A stretch of DNA of 64,000 nucleotides. Source: Octopus vulgaris. Taxonomy: Eukaryota. The stretch spans positions 174,716,001 to 174,780,000 of the forward strand of contig OX597814.1 in the NCBI GenBank assembly GCA_951406725.2. The letters are read 5' to 3'. The notes under the pieces were generated by a model. That model had not been told where the DNA came from and did no database searches. It saw nothing but the letters and a program-made list of their open reading frames with translations. The translations under genes were made by a program, and so were the position numbers. Of this stretch, positions 38,587 through 49,574 are shown one piece after another. The first letter of the stretch is position 1. Every line of letters starts with the position of its first letter.

Positions 38587-39632
38587 TTAACCCTTTTGTT
38601 ACCAAACCACCCAAAGCCGCCCGAATTTACCTATTCATATTTAAATGAGAATATCAGAGCAAATCTCTTCAGTACATTCGTGAAAACACGTATTATACTT
38701 CGTAAACAGTTCAACTACAGTTTTGTACAATAATCGAAGTGTAATTTTAATTCCGTGAATTTCGGGAGATTTTTTTCCGAAATTTGTTCCTATTGTGTTT
38801 TCAAAATTTGTAATTCTGACAAAAAATGGATACGAATTTCATTATATCAAGCAGCGAGTCAGAATTCAAAGGATTTTCTACTGAAGACCTTCATAAATCT
38901 AACTCTATGACTGAAAAAAAAAAGCACATGGTATTTGATAATGAATTTGATGTTTCATTTTCCGAAAGTGAAAACAGTGAATCTGAGATCTCCGATAGCG
39001 ATAAAGAAAACGAATTGGCACCTGAATGGAGTGAAAATTTAAAAACTGTTTCTTTCGGTGATTTTTCTGCAGAAACTGGACCAAGCCACAGACTTTCCCA
39101 GAAGGGTAAAGCCTTAGGCTATTTCTATTTACTTTTTCGAATGAGCCTATTTGAAATCATTACAGTGAAAACGAACCGTTACGCTAAACGTAAACAAAAC
39201 GAAAGAAAGGATAGTTTGTTATTTCCCACAACCTTAAATGAAATTAAGGCCTATTTTGCCATAAATATTATTATGGGTATCAGAAAGTTACCCAGAATAA
39301 CAAATTCTATCGTAAAATTTTGTTGTATACCCAATTGAATATTAGCTAATATTTTCTATAGTGATGTTTGAACAAAATTTTAATAATTTTATATTTTGTG
39401 GAATTTACCTGTATCTACCTGCAAATAGAGTCACTTTGTGACAAAAATTATAGTATAGAATTGGTTGAGAATATTTCATTAAATTATCTTCCAAAAATCA
39501 GATTAATATATCGATAAATAAAAAAGTTATAGTTGTTTAATGAAACCAGACTAAATTTATGATTACGTTAGAAATTAATTGAAACACATAAGGGGTGTAA
39601 TTTGGTCAGAAATATAGTAACGAAAGGGTTAA
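38587..39632 (+). mobile_element. Internally deleted piggyBac retaining the transposase N-terminus
   Basis: TTAA-CCCTTTTGTTAC ... GTAACGAAAGGG-TTAA; termini related to MITE M1; contains ORF 38826-39338. Confidence 0.92.
38826..39338 (+). pseudogene. Truncated piggyBac (PGBD-like) transposase ORF, 170 aa
   Basis: Acidic Ser-rich N-terminus, then W..FSAETGP..ALGYFYLLF..EIITVKTNRYA..TTLNEIKAYFAINIIMGIRKLP, the start of the piggyBac DDE_Tnp_1_7 domain; ends before the catalytic Asp residues. Confidence 0.85.
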
Positions 39633-39805
39633 GAAATAATAGAAATTTCTTTGATTTCTTCCCTCTCTTGTCCTTCTAAATTTGTTTTGCCTTTAATTAT
39701 GATTGATTGTTTTTAGGATCTGGAAATCATCTAGTTCTTCTTATCCCAAATGCAGGGGTGAGATATGGCAGAAATTATATTGTTGTTTAATAAAGAGTAA
39801 TTAAC

Positions 39806-40193
39806 AGGAGTAGCTATGTAATAAGAAGTTTGCTTCCAAACCAGATGGTTTTTTATTCAGTCCCACTGCATGGCACCTTAGGCATGTGTCTTTTACTATA
39901 GTCCAAGATCAACCAAGGCTTTGTGAGTGGATTTGGTAGATAGAAACTAAAAGGCGGCGAGCTGGCAGAAATGTTAGCATGCCGTGTGAAATGCTTAGCG
40001 GTATTTCGTCTGCTGCTACGTTCTGAGTTCAAATTCCACCGAGGTCGACTTTGCCTTTCATCCTTTCGGGGTGGATTAAATAAGTACCAGTTATGCATTG
40101 GGGTCGATATATTCAACTTAATCCGTTTGTTTGTCCCCTCTGTGTGTATCCCCTTGTGGGCAGTAAAGAAGTAAGAAACTAAAAGAAGCCCAT

Positions 40194-40242
<49 letters not shown>

Positions 40243-40490
40243 ACCTGCCTGCCTCTTCATCATCTTTGATATCTCATGTGATAGTTGTAAATGAGTGTCA
40301 CCATTATGCAAGTGGTGTCCTTTGTTTCCAATCTTCCATGTAAACATAACTGATCTTGGGGAAATATTACCTTACCTGGAAACAGGTGAAGGTCAGCAAC
40401 AGGAAGAACAGCCAGCTATCAAAACTCTGCCCAACTCATGTGAGTATGAGTGGGCATTAAAACAGTGATGGTGATGAAGATAATGATATA
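39806..40490 (+). mobile_element. SINE family A variant containing a nested family B SINE (39954-40173)
   Basis: 12-bp TSD AGAAACTAAAAG at 39942-39953 and 40174-40185. Confidence 0.87.
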
Positions 40491-40784
40491 AGGTTCTGCT
40501 TTTATGAGAGTGTCTTAGAATATCTTGAAATATCCTTTCCTCATAGATCTCAATTTTTCATCTGATCTAGTTCTCCTAAGAGTTTTTTGGTTTTTTTAAC
40601 TGATAATGAAACAAACAACATTGTTCTGTATAATGTTTCTGGTGATATGTTAGAGTACATTTGGTTTAATTAAGCTTTACTTTTATATTTAACAGTGGTT
40701 TAGATAAAATTAATTCATCGTAGCATTTGATTCCCATTTCAAAAAATTATAACACCCAAGTAGTTTATGGTATTGTAACATGTA

Positions 40785-41016
40785 AGGCGGCGAGCTGGCA
40801 GAATCGTTAGGACAGTGGGCGAAATGCTTAGCGGTATTTCGTCTGCCATTACGTTGTGAGTTCAAATCCCGCCGAGGTCGACTTTGCCTTTCATCCTTTC
40901 GGGGTCGATAAATTAAGTACCAGTTACACACTGGGGTCGATGTAATCGACTTAATATCTATGTCTGTCCTTGTTTGTCCCCTCTATGTTTAGCCCCTTGT
41001 GGGTAATAAAGAAATA
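40785..41016 (+). mobile_element. SINE family B, young
   Basis: 16-bp TSD GGTATTGTAACATGTA at 40769-40784 and 41017-41032. Confidence 0.93.
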
Positions 41017-41286
41017 GGTATTGTAACATGTACTTTTACTTCAAAGTAATGGGAGCATGTGTTTGTTTACATTTTACTAATTTTACTTACAAGTAAGCTT
41101 TAATAATCTTATATAGTTGTTTCATTGATAAATTGAATAGATAAGTGTTTATATTTATGAGTCCTTCTTTCAGTGAATGCACAACATTGAAGTATCAAGT
41201 TTTTAAGTCAAATTATTTGTTCCAGTTGTTGAAGTTTAATGTTTCCTGGGTTTTTTTTTTATTCATTTAATTTTTTTTTTTCTCAG

Positions 41287-41375
41287 ACAATTATTGACAA
41301 AGAAGAAATGTTAAACCAATTGAAGGCACAGTTTCCAAGTTGCAAAGGGTTCATAGTCAAAAATGTTCTGCAAAA
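41287..41375 (+). CDS. Internal coding exon (89 bp, phase 0/2) encoding the start of a CUE/UBA-like ubiquitin-binding domain
   Basis: Acceptor (t)n-ctcag|, donor AA|gtaagt; frame TIIDKEEMLNQLKAQFPSCKGFIVKNVLQ(K/N) fits the CUE pattern e.l..L...FP......i..vL. The domain call is motif recognition only. Confidence 0.8.
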
Positions 41376-41949
41376 GTAAGTAAAAAGATACCTTAAAATT
41401 TTCTTGATAGTTAGTTTTTGAAATTTTATTCAGTATACAATGTTACGCAACTTTTAACATTTCAGTTTTGAAATCATTTTATAGAATCCAGACCCTATAA
41501 AAAAATGAAAAAGAAAAGACTAGGTTACTTGGATAATTATTTAGTCCTAGATTTTAATATAGGAATTGAAAAAGTAAGTTTGAAATGTATCAATTCATTC
41601 TTTTTTCTTCTGTCTAAGCTTAGTCAGAGGAGAAACACACATGGTATACATTTACAGTGCTCTAAGTCTAATGGGGAAAATACTATAACAGTAGATCTGA
41701 ACTGAATGCTTAAAACTCTGCTAGAAGCATTGAAGGGCTAGGTAGGCATATTAAATTAGTCAGTAGATTGAGCCTGACACCCAAGAAAAGGCCTGTCCAT
41801 CAAAAGGATTTTGCAGTTTCGATCTATCCAAATTCAACCAGAAGGCTTGGGTTGACCCAAGATCATGGTAAAAATTATTTGCCTAAAAGGACCATGTGAT
41901 TGTGAAATGAACTTCAAAATTCATGGATACAGGCTTGTATGTGTGCAGT

Positions 41950-42495
41950 GAGGGTGCATGGCTTAGTTGTTAGGGTATTCGGTTCATGATTATAAGGTGA
42001 TGAGTTTGATTCCTGGCAGTGCACTGTGTCTTTGAGCAAGACACTTTATTTTACATTGCTCCAGTCCACTCAGCTGGCAAGAATGAGTATTACCGGTATT
42101 TCAAATGGCCAGCCTTGTTATATTCTGTGCCGTGCTGAATTTCCTTGAGAATTAAATTAAATTAAAAGTGGTGAGCTGGCAGAAACGTTAGCACGCCGGG
42201 TGAAATGCTTAGTGGTATTTCGTCTGCCCCTATGTTCTGAGTTCAAATTCCGCCGAGGTTGACTTTGCCTTTCATCCTTTCGGGGTCAATTAAATAAGTA
42301 GCAGTTACGCACTGGGGTCGATGTAATCGACTTAATCCGTCTGTCTGTCCTTGTGTCTCCTCTCTGTGTTTAGCCCCTTGTGGGTAGTAAAGAAATAGGT
42401 ATGAATGTCTGTGGAGTGCTCTGCCACTTTCGTTAATTTTACAAGTAGGCCGTTCCATTGATCGGATCAACTGGAACCCTCATCATTGTAACCAT
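41950..42495 (+). mobile_element. SINE family E with a nested family B SINE (~42165-42397)
   Basis: tRNA-like head GTGCATGGCTTAGTTGTTAG..GAGTTTGATTCC and TTTGAGCAAGACACTTTAT..GCTCCAGTCCACTCAGCTG, with family B sequence inside. Confidence 0.78.
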
Positions 42496-43034
42496 CAGAA
42501 TGCTGTTTGTTTGTGTGTGTGTGTGTGTATACATATATAGTAAACTTTCACTTTGCTTTCAGTTCGAACTGTTTGGTAATACTTAAATATATTGTGTGTC
42601 ATAAACAGAAACAAAAAGAAATCTTCACACTATGCAAGTTAAATATAATAATAATACTAATAATGATAATAATAATACATATATTCTTCAGGTTTTACCA
42701 ACCTGAAAATTTCTTATCCAAATATGTTACTCTCCCTGTTCTGCTGGGATGCCATTATCCAAAGCTATAATCTCATTAGTTCTATACAAAACTGATTTTT
42801 CCCTTTGTTAGCTAAGAGCTTTTAGCAACTTTATAAAATCAAACACTATATTCATTGTTTTATAATCTAAATCTGCTATGTTACTGTTGATTATTTCTTT
42901 ATTCTTTTACACTTTGTACCATTCTGTTATATATGTACCATCACAAGGAAGGTGCTTGTATGTGATCACTGAATCTGCAGGAAGTAGTAGGCAAATTTCT
43001 CTCTCTCATATATATATATACATATATATATATA

Positions 43035-43287
43035 TAATTAGAAAAAAAACCACCTTTTATCAATTCAAAATGAACAATTAAATTACACCATCTAGAAAAT
43101 TACATATAATAGAAATATTAAATATAAAATAACAATACTATACCAATTATTTATTATTTTGCACATTACTTAATCATCGGTATATCATTGCTATTTTATA
43201 TTTAATATTTCTATTATATGTAATTTTCTAGATGGTGTAATTTAATTGTTCATTTTGAATTGATAAAAGGTTGTTTTTTTCTAATTA
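43035..43287. repeat. Near-perfect palindromic element inside (TA)n
   Basis: ~110-bp arms (TAATTAGAAAAAAAAC..ATACC / GGTAT..GTTTTTTTCTAATTA), ~35-nt spacer, (TA)n on both sides. Confidence 0.92.
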
Positions 43288-43389
43288 TTATATATATATA
43301 TATATATATATATTTATTTTGTGAAATTTGATTTAGTATTTCTAAATTGAATTTTTCCCTGTAAGTTAGGAATAATATTCCCTCAAATT

Positions 43390-43428
<39 letters not shown>

Positions 43429-43519
43429 GGAAAGTTTACGAAAATAAACAAAAGACGAAGGCAGGTGGAGTACAAACAAACAAATGTATTAGTATATATA
43501 TATATATGTGTGTGTGTGT

Positions 43520-43958
43520 GATATAGAAATAATTTATTCTCAAATGCATAATAATGATAATACAATAGCATAAACAGGATAAACTATCCATATATTGCAG
43601 AAAAATTCGTTACCAGCCAGCCATGATACTCAAATTCACATGCCTGTGATTGCGTGTCAAGTGCTTTACCTTTAAGCTGAACTATCCAGTAATGTATTTT
43701 TCTGTAATTTTAGGATTTATCAATTGATTACTGGGCAGTTTAGCTTAAAAGTAAAGCATTTGACGTGTAATCACATGGATGTGAGTTTGAATCTCATGAC
43801 TATAATCTCATTTTTCTGCAATATATGGATAGTTTATCCTGTTCATGCTATTGCATTAGTATTATCATGTGTTTGAGAATAAATTATTTCTGTATCTTTC
43901 AGTACATCTCAACGCTTCTAAAACAAACTTTGTTTACTGTCATCAAAGTTGAATTTAT
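43520..43958. repeat. Palindromic element whose arms each carry a tRNA-like sequence, plus a one-sided tail
   Basis: Arms 43520-~43692 and ~43727-43896; tRNA-like units at ~43615-43688 (-) and ~43733-43803 (+); unpaired tail to ~43958, then (TA)n. Confidence 0.85.
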
Positions 43959-43986
43959 ATATATATATTTATATAAGAATTTTTTG

Positions 43987-44286
43987 CGTATAGTATATAG
44001 CTTATGATATTCTAAGGGATGGTGCAGAAATATGACAACTACCTACATTTGAGAGACTGCACGTAGCATAGGAGAGCGTATAGGTGGACATTGGTGAGAG
44101 CTCAAAGAAGGGAAGAGCTTGTCAGTGCTCTACCAACATACCCAGGCAGAACATGGAGGCTCGATTAATAGCATAGAGGTTAAAGTATTATCAACACATA
44201 GAACTGACAGGAAACATAGACAGATCACAGAGGCTACACACAATGCAGTAGACAGACCGAGCCTCAATAGAAAACATGAATAGAAC
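43987..44286 (+). pseudogene. GIY-YIG endonuclease remnant of a Penelope-like retroelement
   Basis: One frame, absent from the ORF track because of stops: RIVYSL*YSKGWCRNMTTTYI*ETARSIGERIGGHW*ELKEGKSLSVLYQHTQAEHGG..EVKVL..RQITEATHNAVDRPSLNRKHE*N, matching VY..C..YIGET.R..ER..H..H..H..RQI.EA..P.LN.K.EW. The probable 3' region continues past the RTE insertion to CTGATGA at 46342. Confidence 0.85.
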
Positions 44287-44480
44287 AGTAACACCCATCA
44301 CAACACCACATGACTAAAGACAGAAAGGATGAGAAGTGAGAGGGAAAGAAGAAAAAATCGTAAATAATATACAGAAACATACAGAATAATATACACACAA
44401 TAGACATATATACACTTATAAGAAATAGAGGTAGATGTATAAAAAAATAAATAATTGATAAATAGATAAATAAATAATTA

Positions 44481-45681
44481 TCATCATTATCATTTAACGT
44501 CTGCTTTTCATGCTGGCATGGGTTGGATGGTTTAACTGACAACTGGCAAGCCAGGAGGCTGCGCCAGGCTCCAATCTGATCTGGCAAGGTTTCTGTAGCT
44601 GGATGCCCCTCCTAACACCAACCACTCTGAGAGTGTAGTGGGTGCTTTTTATGTGCCTCTGGCATGGGGGCCAGTCAGGCGGTACTGGCATCGGCCATGC
44701 TCAAATGGTGCTTTTTACATGCCACCTGCACGGGAGCCAGTCAGGCGGCACTGGCATTGACCATGCTTGATTGGTGCTATTTTTGTGCCACCAGCATGGG
44801 TGCCAGTGAGGCAGCACTGGCAATAACCACACTCAAATGGTGCCTTTCAGGTTCCACAGGCACAGGACCAGTCGGGTGGGATTGGCATCGACCATGCTTA
44901 TATAATAATTTTTACGTGCCACTGGCATGGGAGCCAGTAAGGCGGTTCTGGCGTCGGCCATGACAATGATTTCACTTGACTCAACAGGTCTCAAGCACAG
45001 CATATAACCCAATGATTAAAGGGTATTCTTAAAAGGGCCGGTTATGTGCCACTGGTATAAACCACTGTTACAGTATCATTTGGCTTGCTGGATCTTCTCA
45101 AGCACAGCATATTTCTAAAGGTCTCAGTCGCTCATCATTGCCTCCATGAGGACCAATGTTCGAAGGTTGCACTTCACCACCTCATCCCAGGTCTTCCTGG
45201 GTCTACCTCTCCCACAGGTTTCCTCTTCTGTTAGGGTGTGACACTTATTCATGCAGCTGTCCTTATCCATACATAAGACATGACCATACCAGCGAAGTCG
45301 TCTCTCTTGCACATCATATCTGATGCTTCTTAAGTCCAGCTTTTCTCTCAGAGTGCTTACACTCTGTTGTGTATGCACATTGACATTACACATCCAGCGG
45401 AGAATACTAGCTCCATTTCTTGCAAACTTACACATGTCCTCAGCAGCCACAGCCCATGTTTCACTTTCATGTAGCATGCCTGTTCGCACACGTGTCGTAC
45501 AGTCTACCTTTCATTCTGAGCAAGAGGCCCTTTGTCACCAGCAAAGGTAGGGACTCTCTGAACTTTGCCCAGACAATTTTTATTCTAGCAGCTACACTCT
45601 CAGAGCATCCCACTCCCGCAACTGACTGGGTCACCTAGGTAAGGGAAGCTACCAACTATGTCTAGTTTTCCCCCTTGGCAT
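44481..45681 (-). mobile_element. RTE LINE, 5'-truncated 1.2-kb 3' end
   Basis: ORFs 45600-45971 (VGSFPYLGD) and 45124-45489 (MLHESETWA..ILRWMCNV..RRLRWYGHV..GRGRPRKTW), five UTR tandem units, (GAT)n tail. Confidence 0.93.
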
Positions 45682-46395
45682 GTGATGGATATATAATAAA
45701 GATATAAAGAAATATATAAATAGATACATAAATACATATATACATCACATACCTGGGATAAATATAAGGTATAGAGATTGCTAAAATAAATAAATAAATC
45801 TGTATAAAGAGCATGGATACATACAACATACAAAGTGAACCCACACACACACACACACACAAACACACTCACAAGAAATTTCACAGATGGCCACAACAAT
45901 GTGAACAACACGATTAACAACAACAGTGGCGGTAACAACGATAGCAATAAAAACAACAAGAGGGTGAACACACATACACAGAGGAATACAGGAACTGTAT
46001 CATAGTGTAATACACTATTATAACAACTTTACGGATATGTTTTTGGATAAGTATTAATTAAAAATCATAAGTATTATTCTTTTTCTAGACTTAATGGCAA
46101 ATCCTGTTATACTTAAGTACTAGTATTATTTTCTTACTATTTATACACCCTGGTACCCCTAACAACAGATTAACTCATGAATTATTTTTCTCAGTTATTT
46201 GCTAGTTTACTCATTTGCTCATTGACTTCGAGCTTTACACTACAAAACGGAATGATTCTAATTTATTAAGCCTTCTTTCCTCATCTTGAGGTCCTGCTCT
46301 TTCCTCTTCTCTCTTCTCTTCTTTTATTTTATGTATTCACTCTGATGAAGCTCCAAGCACTAGATCAGATGTGCTATAAACATGACAAATATTTT

Positions 46396-46735
46396 GCAGT
46401 CCCACTGCATGACAACTTGGGCAACTGTCTTCTACTATAACCTTGGGCTGACCAAAGTCTTGTGAGTGGATTTGGTAGATGGAAACTGAAAGAAGCCCAT
46501 CATATATATATGTGTGTGTGTGTGTGTGCGTGTTTTTGTATGCCTGTGTTGTCCCCCACCATCACTTGACAACTGATGTTGGTGTGTTTATGTCCCTGTA
46601 AATTAGAAGTTCTGCAAAAGAGACCGATGGAATAAGTACCAGGCTTGCGAAGAATAAGTCTTGGGGTCAGTTTGTTCATCTAACGACAGTGCTCCAGCAT
46701 GGCCACAGTCGCATGACGGAGACAAACAAAATAAA
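46396..46735 (+). mobile_element. SINE family A, 5'-truncated
   Basis: Colinear with other copies from CAGTCCCACTGC onward. Further decayed copies at ~47230-47350, ~55135-55480 and ~61470-61650 (all minus). Confidence 0.8.
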
Positions 46736-47526
46736 AGAATACACACACACACACACACACATACAATCAAATAGAATCCAAACAGACTGGTGTTAGTCTG
46801 CATTGGCATCACTTGTTTTACTTAGTAAAATTGACAAAAAAAGTATTGTGAACTTTCTGTGGAGAGTGAAAAATCCAATGTTCCAGACAGTTCCTGTCTT
46901 CGAGGAAAAGTTGACAGGAAAAAACTAAACTAAAGACACAGCAGGTTTTTACATCGTCTAAGTTAGAAAAACTGGCTGCAAGTGATAAGGAATGCAAGAA
47001 GGTTCATATATAGACAGGAAGTAGAAAGAAGATAAACTGAGTGAGAGAGGTGGAAAGAAAGAGGAATTGTGTGAGGAGAAGTGGGAAAATAATCATTTTG
47101 CAAGCCTTCAAGGCTTTATCTGAAGGCTTTCAATAGAATAGAATCTGCTAAAAGTGCTTAAGTATCCATGTTAAAAGAAGTCTACCACCCAATTACAGGT
47201 ACAATCCATCCAATAGGTTCCTATTTAGCCAATAACATTTGCAAAGCTTAGGTTAACCTGAGGCTTTTGGAGAGGGCACAAGTTGTCATGCAGTGGGACT
47301 GAACCTGGAGCCATGTAGTTGGGAAGCAAGCTTCTTACCACACAGCCACATAGATATAGATATTTAATCTAGAGTTGTGTGATGCAAAGAAACCTTAACA
47401 TACAAAGCCATGCTCATGCTCAGATATACTGTGCCTGCAACAACAACAACAACAAAAGAGAGAACGGGGGTCAGGATGGTGAAGGGTAGAATGCTTTTGA
47501 TCCTAGGTTTTTTAAATAAGAATGCC

Positions 47527-47755
47527 TTAACCCTTTCGTTATTACATTTATTTTGAGATGCTCTGTGTTTCTTTCAAATATTTTAAATATAACAAAGACT
47601 TTAGTAAAATAACTTAGTTATCATTAAACTAATGTTAGGAACATAAATTGTGACTAAGGTTTGGTGGAAGATTTTAATTCAAAACTTATGAAAGCAAAAC
47701 ATTTGTACTATAGAGCCAGAGGCAGTTTCAGCTGGGTTGGTATCAAAAGGGTTAA
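47527..47755 (-). mobile_element. piggyBac MITE M1
   Basis: Reverse complement of 3607-3836 with TTAA at both ends. Confidence 0.9.
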
Positions 47756-48359
47756 GAGTAAATATTCACAACTCGGCAATATATTTTTACAGTTACAATG
47801 TAAAATAGAATTTATAGAAATTGAACGAGTTTCTAAATAGTGAAAATCGGTGAATTCTGAAGCTGCTGCAAGGCAATGTAAAATATTTCTTTTTCTTCTT
47901 TATATATAGGTTCTATAATGGTTCAACTTGTGCACCTGTAAACTGTTTTGTTTCAGTTATTTAATCATCTCTTTGTTCTCAAAAATAAATATATAATAAC
48001 TAAATGATAAAAAAGAAAACATTCATATGTATGTATGTATGAGAATTTGTATGTATAAATGTCTATTTATGTGTGTATGTATGTGTGCATGTGTATATGC
48101 ATTAAATTTTTATATGCATATAATGTTTTTGTTTAAATAAAATGATTTTTATATTTCACCATAAAGAGTAAAATATCTTTTTTCATATAATAGTTTTACT
48201 GAAAATATATTAGTATATCTTTTTACAAGGTGAGTTTTATACACACAACACAATAAAAAGGAGAGAGAGAGAGAGGGAAAAGATCACATATTACTTAAAG
48301 ATTCTTGTATAGAAAATTGGTTTTCATGTGAAAAAAGTTTTAGTGAATAAATTTTATGT

Positions 48360-48697
48360 ATTTTGTGTTTATTGGGGAGAGTCATACTGCCTTAATGCCT
48401 TAATATGTAACACACACACTGGTTCAATTTCCATTCATTATTTATATTTTTTCTTGCAAAATTTTTGTTGCTTTAACAACCTTGTCAATAGATGTTGACT
48501 ATCCATTATTGGAGCTGCATTCCTTGTTTCCAATAGGTATGTTCCATTAACAGACAGTTAACATCCATTGACAAGGTTGCAAAAGCAATGAAAATTTTGC
48601 AAGAAAAAAATATAAACAATGAGTGGAAATTGAACCAGTGGGTGTGTTACATATTAAGGCATTAAGTCAGTATGACTCTCTTCAAACAACACAAAAT
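48360..48697. repeat. Long palindromic element (~155-bp arms)
   Basis: GAGAGTCATACTG..CTTGCAAAATTTT..CCTTGTCAAT pairs with ATTGACAAGG..AAAATTTTGCAAG..CAGTATGACTCTC; ~25-nt spacer. Confidence 0.92.
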
Positions 48698-49344
48698 TTG
48701 CTTCCACTCAGGAATTCACATAAAGAATCTTGCAAACCAAATAAAAAAAAAATGAAATTTTATGTATGTTGTAGTTTAAAATCAAACTTCACTGACCAAG
48801 TCCAATTTTTGCTATCATTCATCTTATCAAAGTTCAAGGTGTTCTTGCATTATATTTAAAGACCTTTTGTGTACTTATATGCAAAGGTACATGAAGCCCA
48901 GTTACAACTACAGCCGGCTATTACTAGTAAAGGTTTTAGTTGCCAATTTTGTACAAGACATTGTAGATCTTTAGCTGGGCTAAAAAGTCACATTTGATCA
49001 CAGCACCAGTAACAGTTAAGCTTCGTGCAATGGCCATACTCAATAACGAGGGGGCAGCCATAATATATATATATATATATATTGTATTTATATTCGTGTA
49101 ACATCGTCCATTTTTCTGTCCTTGTTTCCTATACATTCGATCCTTTTTTTCTAAGAAATCTAATGCTCGTAGCTTAGTTTTTCCTTGGTGCTGGCCAGAT
49201 TGGAGCAATCTCAAGATTAATCAGCCAAAATTGCAAGGATGATTCGGTTCTTGACTGAAGATTAGAGGCTTCGAATGACCCATCCGTATTTTTTGTTTCG
49301 TCTATTTGAATGTTTTGTGTTCTTGTCCCTTTTGTATTTTTATA

Positions 49345-49391
<47 letters not shown>

Positions 49392-49411
49392 TATATACAC
49401 ATATATATAAG

Positions 49412-49574
49412 AAAATAAGATGACAAAGTAATAAATGATTATCTTATGAACTCCATTAGCTTACAAGTGTTTCTGCTATGAGATGCAACAGACTCATAGT
49501 TGAGCGCTTGAGAAACAGCTGTAAGCTAATGAAGGTCATAAGATAATCATTTATTCTTTTTGTCATCTTATTTT
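49412..49574. repeat. Palindromic element in (TA)n with a hammerhead 3' half and a one-sided tail to ~49668
   Basis: ~60-bp arms; GAAACAGCTGTA at 49512-49523; inner small hairpin CTATGAG..CTCATAG. Confidence 0.85.

Noticed and set aside
43987-44286. In-frame TGA codons in the PLE endonuclease as selenocysteine (reported for Naiad PLEs)
   Set aside because: The TGAs do not fall at Cys positions: one replaces the Gly of YIG and two fit CGA>TGA decay. There is also a TAG at the expected Trp. This is ordinary pseudogenisation.
47910-47965. Candidate phase-2 exons continuing the CUE domain (also after acceptors near 47792, 50713 and 60949)
   Set aside because: Each hits a stop within about 20 codons or lacks a donor, and none gives the expected third CUE helix.
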